From the NCBI GenBank assembly GCA_030647955.1, contig JAUSIQ010000018.1, positions 1-46,831 on the forward strand: a stretch of DNA of 46,831 bases, written 5' to 3'. The DNA is from a bacterium. Its GTDB lineage: Bacteria > Patescibacteriota > Minisyncoccia > 2-02-FULL-40-12 > IGHO2-12-FULL-4. The position numbers and the translations under genes were made by a program. The notes beneath the pieces are model-generated. The model was not told where the DNA came from. It did no database searches and saw only the letters and a list, made by a program, of their open reading frames with translations. Positions within the stretch are counted from its first letter, which is position 1. Every line of letters begins with the position of its first letter. Positions 46,811 to 46,831 of this stretch are shown here, in pieces.

Positions 46811-46831
46811 AGTCTCCAGAATAGCATAAAA

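Overview
This looks like a chromosomal window from a reduced-genome bacterium, most consistent with Patescibacteria/CPR (Parcubacteria-like). The assignment is inferred from gene content, CCA-less tRNAs, many leaderless promoters, type IV pilins, the GH57+glgA pair and typical CPR small proteins. Housekeeping genes present are a tRNA-binding protein, ccdA, csp, tdk, rpoD, dnaG, dsbA, pyrE, tRNA-Asn and tRNA-Ser. They are interspersed with a signalling-rich block (3 histidine kinases, 4 receiver domains), a glycogen cassette, a long accessory tract downstream of tRNA-Asn and a 1563-aa LamG/GSDH/PKD surface protein. No CRISPR array, transposase, integrase or reverse transcriptase is visible. The most unusual signals are: (1) fold-back elements built from inverted copies of tRNA-Ser 3' ends enclosing hairpins, each preceding an accessory gene; (2) a tRNA-Ser with an ACT anticodon; (3) a GC-rich gene for a LysM-like/TM/classical C2H2 zinc-finger protein followed by a boxA-flanked structured RNA; (4) a candidate sRNA sharing an OmpR-type direct-repeat box with the regulator's own promoter; (5) accessory cassettes flanked by short, mostly synonymously diverged fragments of neighbouring genes; and (6) a prepilin with a ~124-aa leader containing two hydrophobic segments. 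All family calls come from motif recognition by eye; no database searches were run.
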